DNA of 64,000 nucleotides from Anthoceros angustus (Eukaryota; Plantae; Anthocerotophyta). The notes under the pieces are model-generated. The model made no database searches. It worked only from the letters and a program-made list of their open reading frames with translations, and had not been told where the DNA came from. The stretch lies in NCBI GenBank assembly GCA_010909165.1, contig VJWM01000151.1, forward strand, positions 496,001 to 560,000, written 5' to 3'. Numbering within the stretch: the first letter of the stretch is position 1; the number at the start of each line of letters is the position of its first letter. Shown piece by piece: positions 31,391-44,348 of this stretch. The position numbers and the translations under genes were made by a program.

Positions 31391-32284
31391 TCGCAACAAG
31401 GGCGGATGTTGGTGCGCAGCACTGCCTAGATAGATGGTATGGATCTTTATTATGTTTGATTCTTCCGTCTGTGTGGTCCAACATAGACATCTCAGATATT
31501 GTTATCTATATCATCTTTTGTGAGAGATATTTATATTTTAATTTTGATAGTAGTTGTTCATTCTTTCTCATACTCATGTCTCCGAATAATAGTTTGTTTG
31601 TTAAAATATATACTTGCACCTAGAGAGATTAAACTTTTTTTTGTCTAGGTCTATGTTCTTTTGAGGCCATGGGGGCCCAAACAAGGGGCACTCTCAATGG
31701 TGATCCTTCACAAGGCAGCTACACTAGGAGACGCATCTTCCTCTACTTGTGTAGTTTGCAGGCCGTTTATTTTTCATGTTGTGGGTGTAGTAGGTGACTT
31801 TAGGTAGGGAGCTCTATTGCTCCTCTCCACCTCAACCCTCGAGTCCCTTTTGGTTGTCCCCTCCTGGATGGGCTCTTCCCATCGTCTTTTCACCTCAATA
31901 AAAACTTCTTGTTCTTTTGTACGTTTCAAATGTGGGACAAATGTTGTAGTACATGGTGCCCAAATGTACAACCTTTTATTTTTCACTAAGAAATATATTA
32001 TATAGAGGTAATAAAACTCTATTAAAGGAATAATTGTGTTTTATTGAGGAAAAAAAATGATGGGAAAAACCCATCCACCATGGGACAATGAAGGTGGACC
32101 TCAGGACAAGGTGAAAAAGAGCGACTAAGCTCCTTACTTAAAGTTATTTGCTGCACCTAAAACATCATATGCAGGAAGACCAAATGGCCTGCAAATGATG
32201 GAGGAAGACAAAGAAGCGTCACCTGCCGTAGCCGCCTTGTGAAGGATTGCCGACCAAAAACTCTATTAAAGTGCAAACTGTCAC

Positions 32285-32761
32285 TTAAACATGAGGACCA
32301 TTTGCATTTAAGATAGTCGAATTAGAATGACCCTTCTTTTTGCTACCGGTATTTGTCGACCATATAACATCACCACTGCCAGTAAACATAATCACGTTGC
32401 CATCCTCTTGTACAATGATGTAGTGCTGCCCATCGTTTCTGCAACAAGTGTTGGTGCTAAATATTGATACGTGGTTTCCTGTGAATAACTGAGCGTTGCC
32501 ATCAGAACCTAATTCAAAATAGCAATTGGTACCCATATTCGCAGTATTACTACTCCATAGATCGGTATAACTTTCAGCATCGTGCAATACCAAGTTGCAA
32601 TCAGATTGTACACTGAAAAGATGAGGATAAAGTCCAAGATAAGAACCCTCTGTCATTTTATAACTCTGTAACAATACTTGAGATTCACCTTGTGCACCAT
32701 GCAATATTAGTCCAAACATACATCCAATCAATAACAAGATTTTGTGCGCTGTCATTTTCAT
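32285..32761 (-). CDS. Secreted single-domain bulb-type (GNA-related) lectin
   Basis: Signal peptide MKMTAHKILLLIGCMFGLILHGAQG, then QSDCNLVL..LWSSNT, SDGNAQLF..FSTNT and QEDGNVIMF..IWSTNT subdomain motifs. Confidence 0.85.
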   Translation of the reverse strand: MKMTAHKILLLIGCMFGLILHGAQGESQVLLQSYKMTEGSYLGLYPHLFSVQSDCNLVLHDAESYTDLWSSNTANMGTNCYFELGSDGNAQLFTGNHVSIFSTNTCCRNDGQHYIIVQEDGNVIMFTGSGDVIWSTNTGSKKKGHSNSTILNANGPHV

Positions 32762-33049
32762 GTTCAAATATATTGTATGAAACTTCACGATTACAAGAGG
32801 ACAAACAATTACATGCAAAGAAAATTACTATGAAGAGAGTCTCTTCATCCACATATATAGGGAAAGTAGAGAGTATACTTCGAGATTGGTTTCTTTGGTT
32901 CGCCATCTTTTGCGCTGTTGTGATATTAATATGGAGAAAAGGATATATCAGGATATTTATTTATTTGTTTAAATAAATAGATAAATATAAAGGGCTTGTG
33001 GCACTAAATCCATCACTGCCGACCCCAACAAGAACGCAGGCCATCCACA

Positions 33050-33990
33050 CCCAATGCAAATCTCTGGCAATAATCTCCCGCTTTTCTAGGCTTGATAAGA
33101 TCTCGGTGCTGCTATGGTTATCAGCATGTCCAAATAATGCATCTTCCTTTTCAGTCTAGTACATAAGGGGTTGCATTTTGAGAGTCCAGTTTGATTAGTT
33201 TGTCAAAACACCGATTTCCCCGCTCGACATCACCATGGTTTTGGCACACAGTCAAAAGAGCTATCCAGGCCACTAGATCTTCCTGCGACATGGATTGCAG
33301 CAAACTTTCTGCATCGTCAAGACAGCCTGACGCCCAAGTGGATCAACCATGGAAGTGTTATGACCCACATTGGGCACAATTTCATACTTATCTTGCATCA
33401 TTTTGAAGTACCCCATGCCTTCACGCATCTCCTCAGAACACTTCATTGCTGTCTGACCATCGCCGTGCATAGCGAAGCCACTCGGCAATGCATTTCATGT
33501 TACCACGTCTTTTGTGGGCATTGCATCAAAAGCTCTGCGAGCATCATCTAAGCTCCCACATTTCACGTACATGTCCACCAGGCTGTTCCCCACAAGACAA
33601 ATCAGGCTTCAGGCCGTTTTTCCTTATTTGAGCGTGGACTCCTTTCTCAAAATTGACAGCTCCAACACTTGCACATGACTTCTTGAGAGCAGCTAACACG
33701 AAGTCATCAGCTGGAATGAGGTTGTCCTGTTTCATACAAGAGCAAGAGCTTCTTGGTCAAATCCATGCTGGACGTACCCATGTGACCACATCTTTGGCAG
33801 GCAGACTGTCAACGATTGCTCTAGCATCTTTCAAACTCCCACATTTTTCATACATATCAACCAGGCAGCTGCCAACCGTCATGTCACCTTCCAGCCGTTT
33901 TTCCTGAATCAGTGCATGGCACATGCTTTCAAGAGACCTAGGAATGTGGACCGGTGGGCTCTTGACTGATGCCCTTTTGATGGCAATCCT
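33050..33990 (-). pseudogene. Fragmented PLS-class PPR pseudogene
   Basis: Broken frames encode VGSCLVDMYEKCGSLKDARAIVDSLPAKDVVTW, LIPADDFVLAALKKSCASVGA and HGDGQTAMKCSEEMREGMGYFKMMQDKYEIVP. Confidence 0.75.
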
Positions 33991-35044
33991 GCTGCCCACC
34001 AACGCCATCTCTGTCCTCGGCAGCCGCTTACATTCCGACAGGTAAACCTTTATAAAACACGACACCTCTGACTTGGTTCAATGCTTTGGTTCGAACAGAT
34101 GCCTTGTGGTGGCCAAGGCATCTGTTTGAACGAAGGCATTGTTCCTTACATTCGTCGTCTTCCGAATTTCTCAGAGGTGTCATGTTTTAGGTTTACCTGT
34201 CGGAATGCAACAACTATATAAGACAACGTTGAACAACCCAACCTGTGGAAGCTTCGACAGGTAGGTAACACATGTTGTTTGGGGGCTGGATGGACTGTTC
34301 TACAGCAGATTTAGAACATAGAGAAAAGAACGCCTGGCAGCTTCACAACGCAAGAGATACTACAACCCAGTACGTGAGATAAGGATGAAGACGGAACATA
34401 AACGAGACTGGGTCGGGCTGGGCCTACTCCTCAGCCTGATGAAGTACAGGAACCCGCTGGCCTCACAGCGGCCTCCAAGTATGCAACCCAAATCACTTAT
34501 GAATTCGGCTCTGCTTTTCATTGCAACAGGACCGACTGTACAGCATACTTGGTCTTGACCCATATCGAATCTTGACTGTCTACAGAAAGAAAAGGCATCA
34601 CGACTTCGTATGGATTGGCTTCTTCCGACAGGCATTCCCACGCTTCCCCCATCGTTCGAACTTGAGCCACGTGCTTCTTTTCAAAAACTAGGTACATACC
34701 TCGAGCATACGTGCTTGGGACCACAAATATCTGAAACAACAACCCACGGGTAGTTAACGAGCAGTGCAACTTCAAATCACCAAGAGCGACCACGGCAAGG
34801 GGATACGCCTGAGAATCACCTGAATTCTCACCTTCACAACCCACACACGAGAGAGGGAGCATCCTGATGGGACTACAATCTGGCGGTACCAGGGCCTTAT
34901 CTGTGAGAGCCGCGACAGTGGAAGAGTGAATTGATGGGATGCTGCAGGCAACAAGGATGCGGGCTTCCAATTCTTCCAGCTATACGCACCCGCAATTTCA
35001 CGGCTTTGAAGTTGGAGAGAAACCGTACGAGCGTGTTGAAATCG

Positions 35045-35776
35045 CTACTGGTCGGCGGGAAGGCGTCTGCGCTCTTTAGGCTTGAAGGGAGGGTAGGGAT
35101 TGACGGCAAGCCCTTCCAGAATGAGAAGTTCGTCCAGGAGCGCAACCTTCTCCTTCTGCAAAGCCTTCACCAGATCCTTCTTCTCCTCCAACTCCCGGGA
35201 GATGTCCGCACTCTGCTCCACCAGCAGCCGCAAGTCCCTCTCCACCTTGCGGCACTTGACATCGTCTTTGCTCAGCACCTCGGAATCGGTGTCCGTCTCC
35301 GCCTCCGACCGCAATTCCAACCGCAACTCCAGGTCATAGTCGGTATCGGGCTCCCGCTCCCTGCCTTCGATCTTCTTGGCCTTGCTCCTGGCTCTGCCCG
35401 GCCCGCCCCATTTCATCATGATAGCCGCCTGCTTCGGATGCAATTGAACATCTTCAGCATCAACATCCACTGCCTCAGCCTCCGAAGGGGCCAGCTTGCG
35501 CTTGCGAGGCTTGGCCTGGGACCTGGCCTTACCACCACCCTCCTTCCTGGCGCCGATGTGCGCAGAGGCATCTTCCGCAGCGGCTTCCTCCTCGGTAGCC
35601 TCATTTCCAACAATTTCTGCTGCTGTAGGTTTTGGAGGCCTCGGTCTAGATTGACCCTCGCTCTTCCCCTTCTTGCCTGTGCCTTTCTTCGCCTTGACGC
35701 CACCATCTCCAGCAACTGCTCCTACCGGCGTAACCGACAGCGAGGGCGATGCCACCGCCACTACATCTGCCTGCAT
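35045..35776 (-). CDS. Uncharacterised Lys/Glu-rich, probably nuclear protein with C-terminal coiled coil
   Basis: Single 243-aa ORF with NLS-like KPRKRK and a coiled coil ending KEKVALLDELLILEGL. The latter loosely recalls INO80E-type tails, but this is unverified. Confidence 0.6.
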   Translation of the reverse strand: MQADVVAVASPSLSVTPVGAVAGDGGVKAKKGTGKKGKSEGQSRPRPPKPTAAEIVGNEATEEEAAAEDASAHIGARKEGGGKARSQAKPRKRKLAPSEAEAVDVDAEDVQLHPKQAAIMMKWGGPGRARSKAKKIEGREREPDTDYDLELRLELRSEAETDTDSEVLSKDDVKCRKVERDLRLLVEQSADISRELEEKKDLVKALQKEKVALLDELLILEGLAVNPYPPFKPKERRRLPADQ

Positions 35777-36615
35777 CTCTGCTCACATCGCATCCAGATA
35801 ACGCCCAGCTTTAGAGAACGCCCAGCCTTACAACATAGACGAAGGGAATCCAGCTTTACAACTCACAAAACCACAGCACACAATAGCATCACTCCATGAC
35901 GAAGATCAGAGGACCATATATAGGCTCTAAGACTATGAGGATCTAACAAGCCTGCACATGACCTAACCGGCACGTGACTGCGAGCAACGACATTAATTCT
36001 GGAATCCTTGGTCGGACAGCTGAATGGAAAGAACGTCTCGCGACCATAGGTTAAAGGTGAAAAGATGTGCACGCACACGAAATAGAAAGACGCACAGTTT
36101 TCATGCAGAGTATGGGTTAATGAGCTTGGCTCTGACATTCGGCACCATTGGCATTGGATTGTACAGCATGCAGGCTTGACAGACCGTCGGAGCTCCCATC
36201 GGACCCGTCCACGGGACATACCCCGGGACATAACCGATGAGCAACTATGTTCGGAGGAAACAAAATCGCCAACAAGATGGTTCACCTCGAAATACGAGAC
36301 AAATAAGTCCTTCGAGTTTGACAAGCGACTTTAGTCTTTCCAGCGGAAATGGGACCCTACTTGATAGCAAAAATGGAAACCATACTTCATCCAGAAGCTA
36401 AATCCCGATGTTGCTGTGAAGATCTAGCAGTGGCGATCCTGTCCAGTCACCCACTGCACTGTCGACTACTTTCTCACTCAGGATGTTAGTTCTCTGGCTT
36501 AACGAAAACTTCTTCTTGCCACCCTTGGCATCGTCTTCTGTGGCTCGATATGGGGGCTTCAGGGTAAAATGGACCCCAGAAAGAAAAATCAGTTTCAGAC
36601 AAAAAGGAAGAATGC

Positions 36616-38268
36616 CTAATTAGCAAGCTTCTTGATGCCCGGGAATGCTGGACGAATGGCAATCAAGGGATCTCCATAGCCGACGGGGTCTGCAGTTCAC
36701 CAAGGATCGATGTCAGTGCGTACGTCTTACAAACCACTTAGATGCAGAAAGCAAAGTGCACAACAAACTTGAGAAACAAGGTCACCTTCATCATTCCACA
36801 AGATCTTGACGATCTCACCGCTGATGTCGGTCTGCAAGGTCATTACAAGTTAGAGAGGAAGCATAAGTGTGAAACATGCCATAGATTAGCCGCGCAGCAG
36901 AACTCACACCACGCACACATGAGAGACACACCTCTACTGGTTGCTGCGTTCCGAGCTGCTCCAAGTAGCACACAACTTGCCCTTCCTTCACGACCTGACC
37001 CTGCACATGACAGCTTTCCCACTTTTTAGCAACACTCTTTAGTGACATGAGCCAGGACCAGGAGCGGAGGTAGGATCGCATACCTCTTCAACTATAGGCT
37101 TCCCAAGCTTTCCCTTGACCACGCGTCCCCTTCGGAAATAGCCAACCTGGAAAAAGGACATGAGACCAAGTCTTCGAAGTTCTGCGGGGCAAAGAGCTGC
37201 TTGAAAGAACAGGCACATGGCAGACGAGAAGTCGCAAGCATACCTTCGGCGACTGTACGAAGGACAGGCCCTCATTCACTGCTTGTTCCAGAACTTGTAG
37301 AATAGACCCGGGTTTGGCGAGGGATGTTTCTGTGACGGACTGTTGCTTCACTGCAGGGGTAGGTGGTGCTGCTGCTGCTGCAGGCGTAGGTGCTGCTGGC
37401 TGCTCTGCAACAGCAGGTGCAGGGGGAGGTGCTGGTGCTTCCTTTGCTTTAATAGCTCTCTTGACATGCAGCTTGAATGCTCCGACCTAATTCAGCACGA
37501 CACATACTGAGCCGGGCCACTATAACAACAAGACTGCACCTCTCTAGTATACAACCAGCATCAGGGAAGGAAGATGGAGTCCAGCCAAACGTTCACACTC
37601 CACGGTCCTGACCTTGAGCGAAATCTCCGCAATGCTGGTCTCGTCACAAACCTCCATAAGCAACGACTGAATCTGCCAGGTGCAAAACACACCATCAACC
37701 AGCTGTTGCACCAGCAAAACCTACACCATTCCCACACTCCGCAAACACCCCATCCTCACCTCCCCTGGACTCGGTGTCAAAGGACTCAGCGCCTCTGGCA
37801 CAGTCTCCGGAACCTCCTTCCCGTCCACCACCTCCAACTCCGCATCCGGAGCTGCAAAACGGACACTCACGTCATCAAACGATCCACAAAACATCCACCA
37901 CCAGCTCGAACTCCGAAACATAAAAATTCCCGTCCACCTTCAGGTGCAGCAATGCATGCCGCATGGAGTGACCACACTTCCCGCCTCTTCGGTTGGAGGA
38001 CCGTAGCCCGCATCTGCCAGAATGAGCAGCCTGCGACGCCATACCTTGCAGAGGCCAGGCGAGCACGAGCAACACTCGGCCGCGAATTTCCAGCTCTGAG
38101 CTTGGCGACCTGCGCGGAGCCTGCCAGAGGCAAACCAGGGTGAAACAAAAACGACAACGAGCCTCAGATCCCGAGCTCCTCCAGGCAGAAAATGCAGCCT
38201 CCGGCCAAAAATTGCATCCACGTACCGCAGCATGGGGACGCCAGCTTGGACGCAGTCATGGTGGCCAT
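36616..38268 (-). CDS. BADC: Biotin attachment domain-containing (BCCP-like, non-biotinylated) plastid ACCase regulator
   Basis: MATMTASKLASPCC first exon, transit peptide, IQSLLMEVCDETSIAEISLK, SPKVGYFRRGR..KEGQVVCYLEQLGTQQPVE (no AMK lysine), ending GYGDPLIAIRPAFPGIKKLAN*. Confidence 0.85.
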
Positions 38269-38718
38269 GGCGGCAGAAAACGAGGACGCTGCAGAGCGTG
38301 AATGAATTTCAGTTAACCCTGAGCCAGACTGCCGAGACGCTGGCTGAATCGTCTTCCGCGTTCACGCGCAGCTATACAGAGGCTCCGCGGCCAAAAATGC
38401 TGGAGCGTGAAGGCAGAGGAGAGGGGCAAGCGGGGCGGGGAGTTCCAGTGCATGCAGCGGCCGGCCTACTCCCGCCAGCCTCTTCGACAACGCACATCTT
38501 CAAGAGGCGGATCGGGTAGGTGAAGGTAACGAGGAGTGGGGCCCCTGGATCCTGACAAGGAAGGAATTCCATCCTCTTCGTCCACGGACATTCCTCAACT
38601 GCTTATTTCGAGTAACAACGGGAACAGAATCTCGTGCGCTTCGAGCGACAGATTATTAGATTAATTCAGTGCTGCTGGTGGTGAATGTTTTTTGAGCCAG
38701 AGCTTAGAATTGCGAAGT

Positions 38719-41700
38719 TCAAGCGGTAACGATTTCCTCATCGATGCCGTCCTCCGTCTCCTCTGGCATGACCTGGACTCCGTTGGCCTGGAAGCATCAA
38801 ATCCAGGAATGTGGGTTGCTGCATTAGGAGTGAAAGCAAGAACTGGATCCACCATCGTGCAGTACCTGATACACAGACTCCACTATCACGGGATCCACAT
38901 ATGGGCCTAGAGCAATTTTCCTGGATATCATCAGGTTGATCGTGATATATGCCTGCTCCATGTTTCCCTGACTGTGGTAGAACTCTATGAGTAGGGCGTA
39001 CAGGTCCCCGATCCGGACAGCTGCCTGCAATTAGGGATGGTTATGAGATGCTGTTCTACATAGATGCTGTAAACAGTTGGGGGGTTTCATAGCTTTCCTC
39101 TCACCTCCATGAAGTTGGGGCTTTTCGAGAGCTGCGCGAGGAGGTCAGAGCATCCCTTCACCATCCCTGCTGGGTCGGATTTTGCCATCCTCCGGATCTG
39201 TAAACCCAGTTGTGAATGTGAGATGAGGTATGGAATTAGAGGTGTGTTGGGGGACAGCTCGCTGGTCACAGCCATGACTCACCTGGACAAATCTCTCAAC
39301 CTCAAGAGTACGTCGTTGTAATGACTTCACTTTTTCATCTCGGTTCGGGGCATCGGATTTCAGCAGGTGCTTCAGAGCTTCTTTCATAGCACCTAAAGCC
39401 TGAAGGTTATGACAGTGAGCATGAGGGCAACAAAAGACTTATCTGGGATGGCTTGGACGGCAGAGGACGGAGGGCACCTTTTCGTAGTCACGGTACTCAT
39501 CTATTTCAAGTTGGGCACATGAGTCATAGAAGGAAGCCAACAAAGTCATCTCTCCAGCTTTTGTGTACATCTGAGGTCAGTGTGTTTTGAAATCAGAGCA
39601 GCTCATGTCTAAAGATCCATACAAGTCTAGTTGCATTTGCCCAAAGCAGAAAGATTCTTTGCACCTGCACAATGTGCTTCATGATGCTGGCATCTTGATG
39701 CCTGTCAAGGCTCTGCAAGTAGTTAGCTGCGAGGACATAAAGCTGCTTATGCCTGCACCACACAGAACTCTTACCACAGCTGGCCAAAAAGTGCTCACAG
39801 TGCTACATAAAGTGTACATTTGGCACTAGGTGCTTCATCTCTCACCTCGATACATTCGCAAAAAATATTATCCTCTCCGTGTCACAAGACTTGAGTAGAG
39901 CCTGGTAACAACAAAATATCATAATACCAGAAAAGGCAATCTCATTGGAGACAAATCCACCAAGAGTTAATTTTAGTCGATCAGGAAGCTTTTGAACAAA
40001 TACGTGTCACGTCAGACTGCAAAACTGACCTACCTGCATGGCCTTGACCCGCTCTCCTGCTTGTGCATATTTCTTGCAGGCAAGATGATAAGAACCCTGT
40101 CCTTGACAACATTCTGCTATTCTCAAGAGAAGCTGTGTGGAATCTTCTGATCTCTTCCCTTCTTTACTCACAAGGAACAAATCTGCCATTCTCTCCGTTA
40201 TCTTCACCCCTTCCTTGACGCACTGATAAGTTTTGAGAATGTGTCAGAACCACCAAGTCGATTGTTGTTTTGCCAGTAGTCATAGGCTCTGGACAGCTTT
40301 TCGTACCAGGTCAAGTGCATGGTCATACTTCTTTGCTGCTATGAAAAGTTGAACTGCCTTTTCCACTTGCTTATGCTCCATCAAAAAATCCCCACACCTG
40401 TTAAGGACCAAGATGCAGGCAAATTGACAGGGCAGTGCAAGTACCAGTCTCTCTTCATAGGCTTTCAAATGCAAAGCTATGCTAGACCCCTGTATCAGGT
40501 ACCTCGCCAGCAGGGCCGGATCAGCTCCTTCATCAAGATCATCTGCAATAGCCTTCAATGCATTGAAAAGCTGAGAGCTGAAGCAGACATCTATTGCCTT
40601 CTCCAAGTCTCCACCCTGTATATTGTTGTCATTTGCGACACTCATCTCATCAGTACCAACAAATGGGAGCATCCAAGTTGTATAATCCAGAAGAGAATGA
40701 GTTCACAATGGAAGTCAAAGACCTTCTGGTAGAGGAGAACCGACTCCTCATACATGGCTTTAGCCTCGAAATATCTGGCTGAAGCAAGCATCAAATCCTT
40801 TGGACTCTGCAGTTGGCGTGCTCAGTCATGATCTGCACTCTGCCTGTTCCAAGTGTGAAGGCTTTTTTATATAGAGAACCGTGTTACCTGCAATGACAAT
40901 GCGAGCAACTCGCTATCCACCCCGTATTTCATGGCAAGCTCCGCAGCATAGCTGTATTTCCCTGCCTTTCCAAAGAACTGGATGGCAAGCGGCACATTTC
41001 CTATCTTCTCATACTGCACATTATTCCAGCCCCCCTTGTTGGAACCCTTTAACAACTAGAAAGATTTAAGGCCTCAACGGAGACACAGTCACTAAATGCC
41101 AAGAATACTATACCTGTCGACCAAGATAAAATGCTGCAGATGCATTTGATGTTTCCTTAACAGCTGCAGCTGCAGCAGAAAAATCGTTCTGGAGGCAGTA
41201 CACGCGTACCAAAGAAATTGTATCTCCAGCCTACACCCTCTCCACGCATTGTTCATGGACATTATTCATCTAGGTCTAGTAATGCATCACATCCCTCCGC
41301 AGAAACTTAAAGGATCTACAAGAGCTTGGAGCTTCTTACAGCTTTATAGTAGGCTATGGCATTCGGAAGATCACTGTTTGATTCACAGTAATGAGCCCAC
41401 CATCGCTGCAAAACTGGATCACTGCTGTTGTCAATATAAACATGCAGCTCGTCTAACTGTTGCCCTGAATATAACATCCTTGGAACTTCATATCTAAAAG
41501 CCAAGCAGTTGAGCAGCTAGTTTTCAGTGTACGACGAATACTGATGAGCAAATGTCAACATTCTTGTATCCAACCAGAAAGAAGCGGAAACAAGAGCACT
41601 GTGTGTGAGTTGCAGTGGGGTTGCAATTATCAGGCAGCTTGTCACCTATGGGTTTCAGACAATTCGTAGTGTTGGATTGCTGCTTGAATATTGCCCATAG

Positions 41701-44348
41701 CTTCGAAGTGTTTAGCATACGCATGATGTGTGTTTTTCAAATGAACTCTATCATGTTCTGTGGCAACCTCAATAGCCTTCTCCCAATTTCCACACATCTA
41801 ATACCACAGTATATTGATAACACTCTGAAGCAGGTGTACAGCAGTCTGTAGCTAGAACAGAACCACTAAACCATTACTCTCACCATGAACGTGCCAAGGT
41901 CAGACCTGATATAGCTGATTCAAAAGGTCATAGCGCCCACATTCCACGTAGAGTCTGGCTGCCTCATCTTTAAGGTTCAGCTGGAGGGCGATTCTTGCAA
42001 CCTTTGCCTCCTCCTCTTCCTGTACCAAAGATAATCAACGGCTGAAGCTGAATTTTTGTGTAGTTCTTCAAACTGCTGAAACTGAAATCCTGAATATCGC
42101 AAAGCATACCAGATCCTCAAGACCAGCCCGAACAAAAGCTGCAGCAGACGCGCGTTTCATTTTTCCAAAACAGTAGAGGGCCACATCAATCCGCTTGGAC
42201 CTCACACAAGTGCGAGCCACTTTTTTCCAGATCTCTGGATCTTCTATGGCCCGTAAACTTTTATAAGGTGCATCGGTATGGTCAGCACATATGTGATAAC
42301 TATACTCCAACAATGCAGCCTTGGTTTTCTGGTCTGCAGATTCCTGCGTACTTTGCAGAAAACCCAATACCATGATGTCGGTTAAGCGCCAGTCTCAGTT
42401 TCCTGTTCGACCAACTAATGAAAACGGCTGTTAAACAACAACGGAGTACCATTCCCCAAAAATCACTGATTGTTTGCCTCTGAATAACAGAGCTTGTGCC
42501 TTCTCCTCGAGTATGCGTCCGTACAAGGTACAGATAAGGCACGTGCACCCCCAACAGGCCCAAACTTGGATCATCTAATTTGACCTGAATCAAGTTCAGC
42601 AAAAACAATTTCAGAGACTTGCATGTCCTAAACCAGAGAACACCAAAAGTTCATATTGCCCAAGCAAGTGGCCATCCCTCTACCTAGAGAGGTGCCAGAA
42701 AGTTGTTTAAAATCTTGTAAGCAAATGCAATTCCCCTTTATGGAGAGCAGTTCCTGCCTTGTCCTGTATGTATATGTCATTTGCATAGTCGACAAAGAAG
42801 GTAGTAACTGTCCCCAGCAGCATCTTTCCAGACGGGTCACTTGTGGCCATCTGCTTCATGTAGGTATGTGCCCCATTAGACCATACAAAGAGCAACGGCT
42901 AAGGTTTGAAGCAACTTCTTACAACAACTTGGTTTCTGCGCTGCCACTCACAGGACATGTTTCACATGCCAGCAACTTAGGCTCCTCGACATCCCAGCAA
43001 TGTGAGCATGGCATTGTGTTGGCAGATCTGTCAATGCAAGCAAAAAACTGCGCGTCTGGACAACAGTATGTTTCAAAAATATCATGCACATCACAACTTG
43101 TATGACAGTAGCGATTGCAGGGAAGCTACCTGAAACTGTGTTCAACTGTTTTGTTATATGCAGTATCATAGATAAACAAGCGTAGATCCCCATCTACTGA
43201 GCCAGAGCTATTGATGAGAAAGCTCACTTTCCTAGCATCGCAATTACATCGAACAGAGTGAATATCAGCATCTCCTGAATCAATAACAATCTGCACCGAC
43301 AAGCAAATTAACCCCCTGCCTGTACTTTGCATCCTTCGAGAAACACTAAGGATGTACTGACTTACCCTTCTACGGTCACGTGGCCCATATAGCTTGATGC
43401 TCGAGCCACTTAATTCCCACATATGTACAAAGAATTTTGAAGTGACCTGCGGGATAAAGAGGAACACGGTCCCTGCTTAGCAGATCCTCCACGCAATATT
43501 GCAAGGTACCAAAGAACTGGAAGCTAGAAGAAGTCCTCAGCCCACCAGTACGAGAAATCCGTCACACACATCCATGTTGCATGCTTTGTCACTTGATTCA
43601 TTCTTGAAGAGCGTCTCAGATTGTGCACCCTGGAATGAATCCGGATAGAATGCCTCAAACGACTCGCTACCTCGTACAACTCCACTCCCCCCTCCATTCA
43701 ATGTACAATATGCAAGAAGAGAGATGCCTCTGTCTGCTGAGCTCCAACCTCTAAGGTCAACGCCTTCAATCCTCCCTCCCAGATTTGAAAGATGTAACTG
43801 TGGTGGATCATGAGAGTTGAACCCTCAGCAATTGAGAAAGTGGCCTTCAGCTCCATTCCTGAACGCACACCATCGCCCCACCAACAGTGAGCGGCAGCTG
43901 GAAATGCAGAATTGTGGTAGCCAATCAGTTACCATGTGAAAACAGACCCGAAGCTTCGAATTGGTAGACTTCAGCACTAGCAGCCTTCCAGAGGAGGACC
44001 TGCTGATCCCAGACATCCACACCTTTGATATCCGAAGTGGACGTCAAAACATGTGAGCACTGCCATCAGCAAAATCTGTCAGTTCAGGAAAATATTCCAA
44101 CAGCAAAGCATCTCACGCCACATTACGAATGATGAATGCCAGCTGCACAGTCTATGTAGAACCATAACTCGACAAGGATTGCTGTCTCAGAGAAGATTGA
44201 ATCGTACCTCCGAGTGTAGGGCTGAAACAAGAGCCTCAACAGCAGAGAGCTGGACAACTGCCAACTGCTTGCGGCAACTTCGCTGGATTCGCTTGGCGCT
44301 GGCATCTCCCTTGGTGAGCGACGCGCGGGCAGAAGCTAATGCTGTCAT
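38719..44348 (-). CDS. IFT140: Intraflagellar transport protein 140 (IFT-A core), multi-exon, apparently lacking the first WD40 propeller
   Basis: Exons encode IHSVRCNCDARKVSF, LLGVHVPYLY..SDFWG, IWKKVARTCVRSKRIDVALYC, FRYEVPRML..RWWAHYCES, SYHLACKKYAQAG, LYVLAANYLQSLD, VRIGDLYALLIEFY, and end EETEDGIDEEIVTA* (stop 38719-38721). The ATG at 44348 is inferred. Confidence 0.88.

Noticed and set aside
15256-32818. GULLO pair, lectin and PPR as a biosynthetic or defence gene cluster
   Set aside because: No pathway logic links the genes; a local paralogue duplication explains the arrangement.
34931-35899. 322-aa plus-strand ORF
   Set aside because: Antisense to the more plausible 35045-35776 ORF; the Leu-rich pattern is typical of the reverse complement of Glu/Lys codons.
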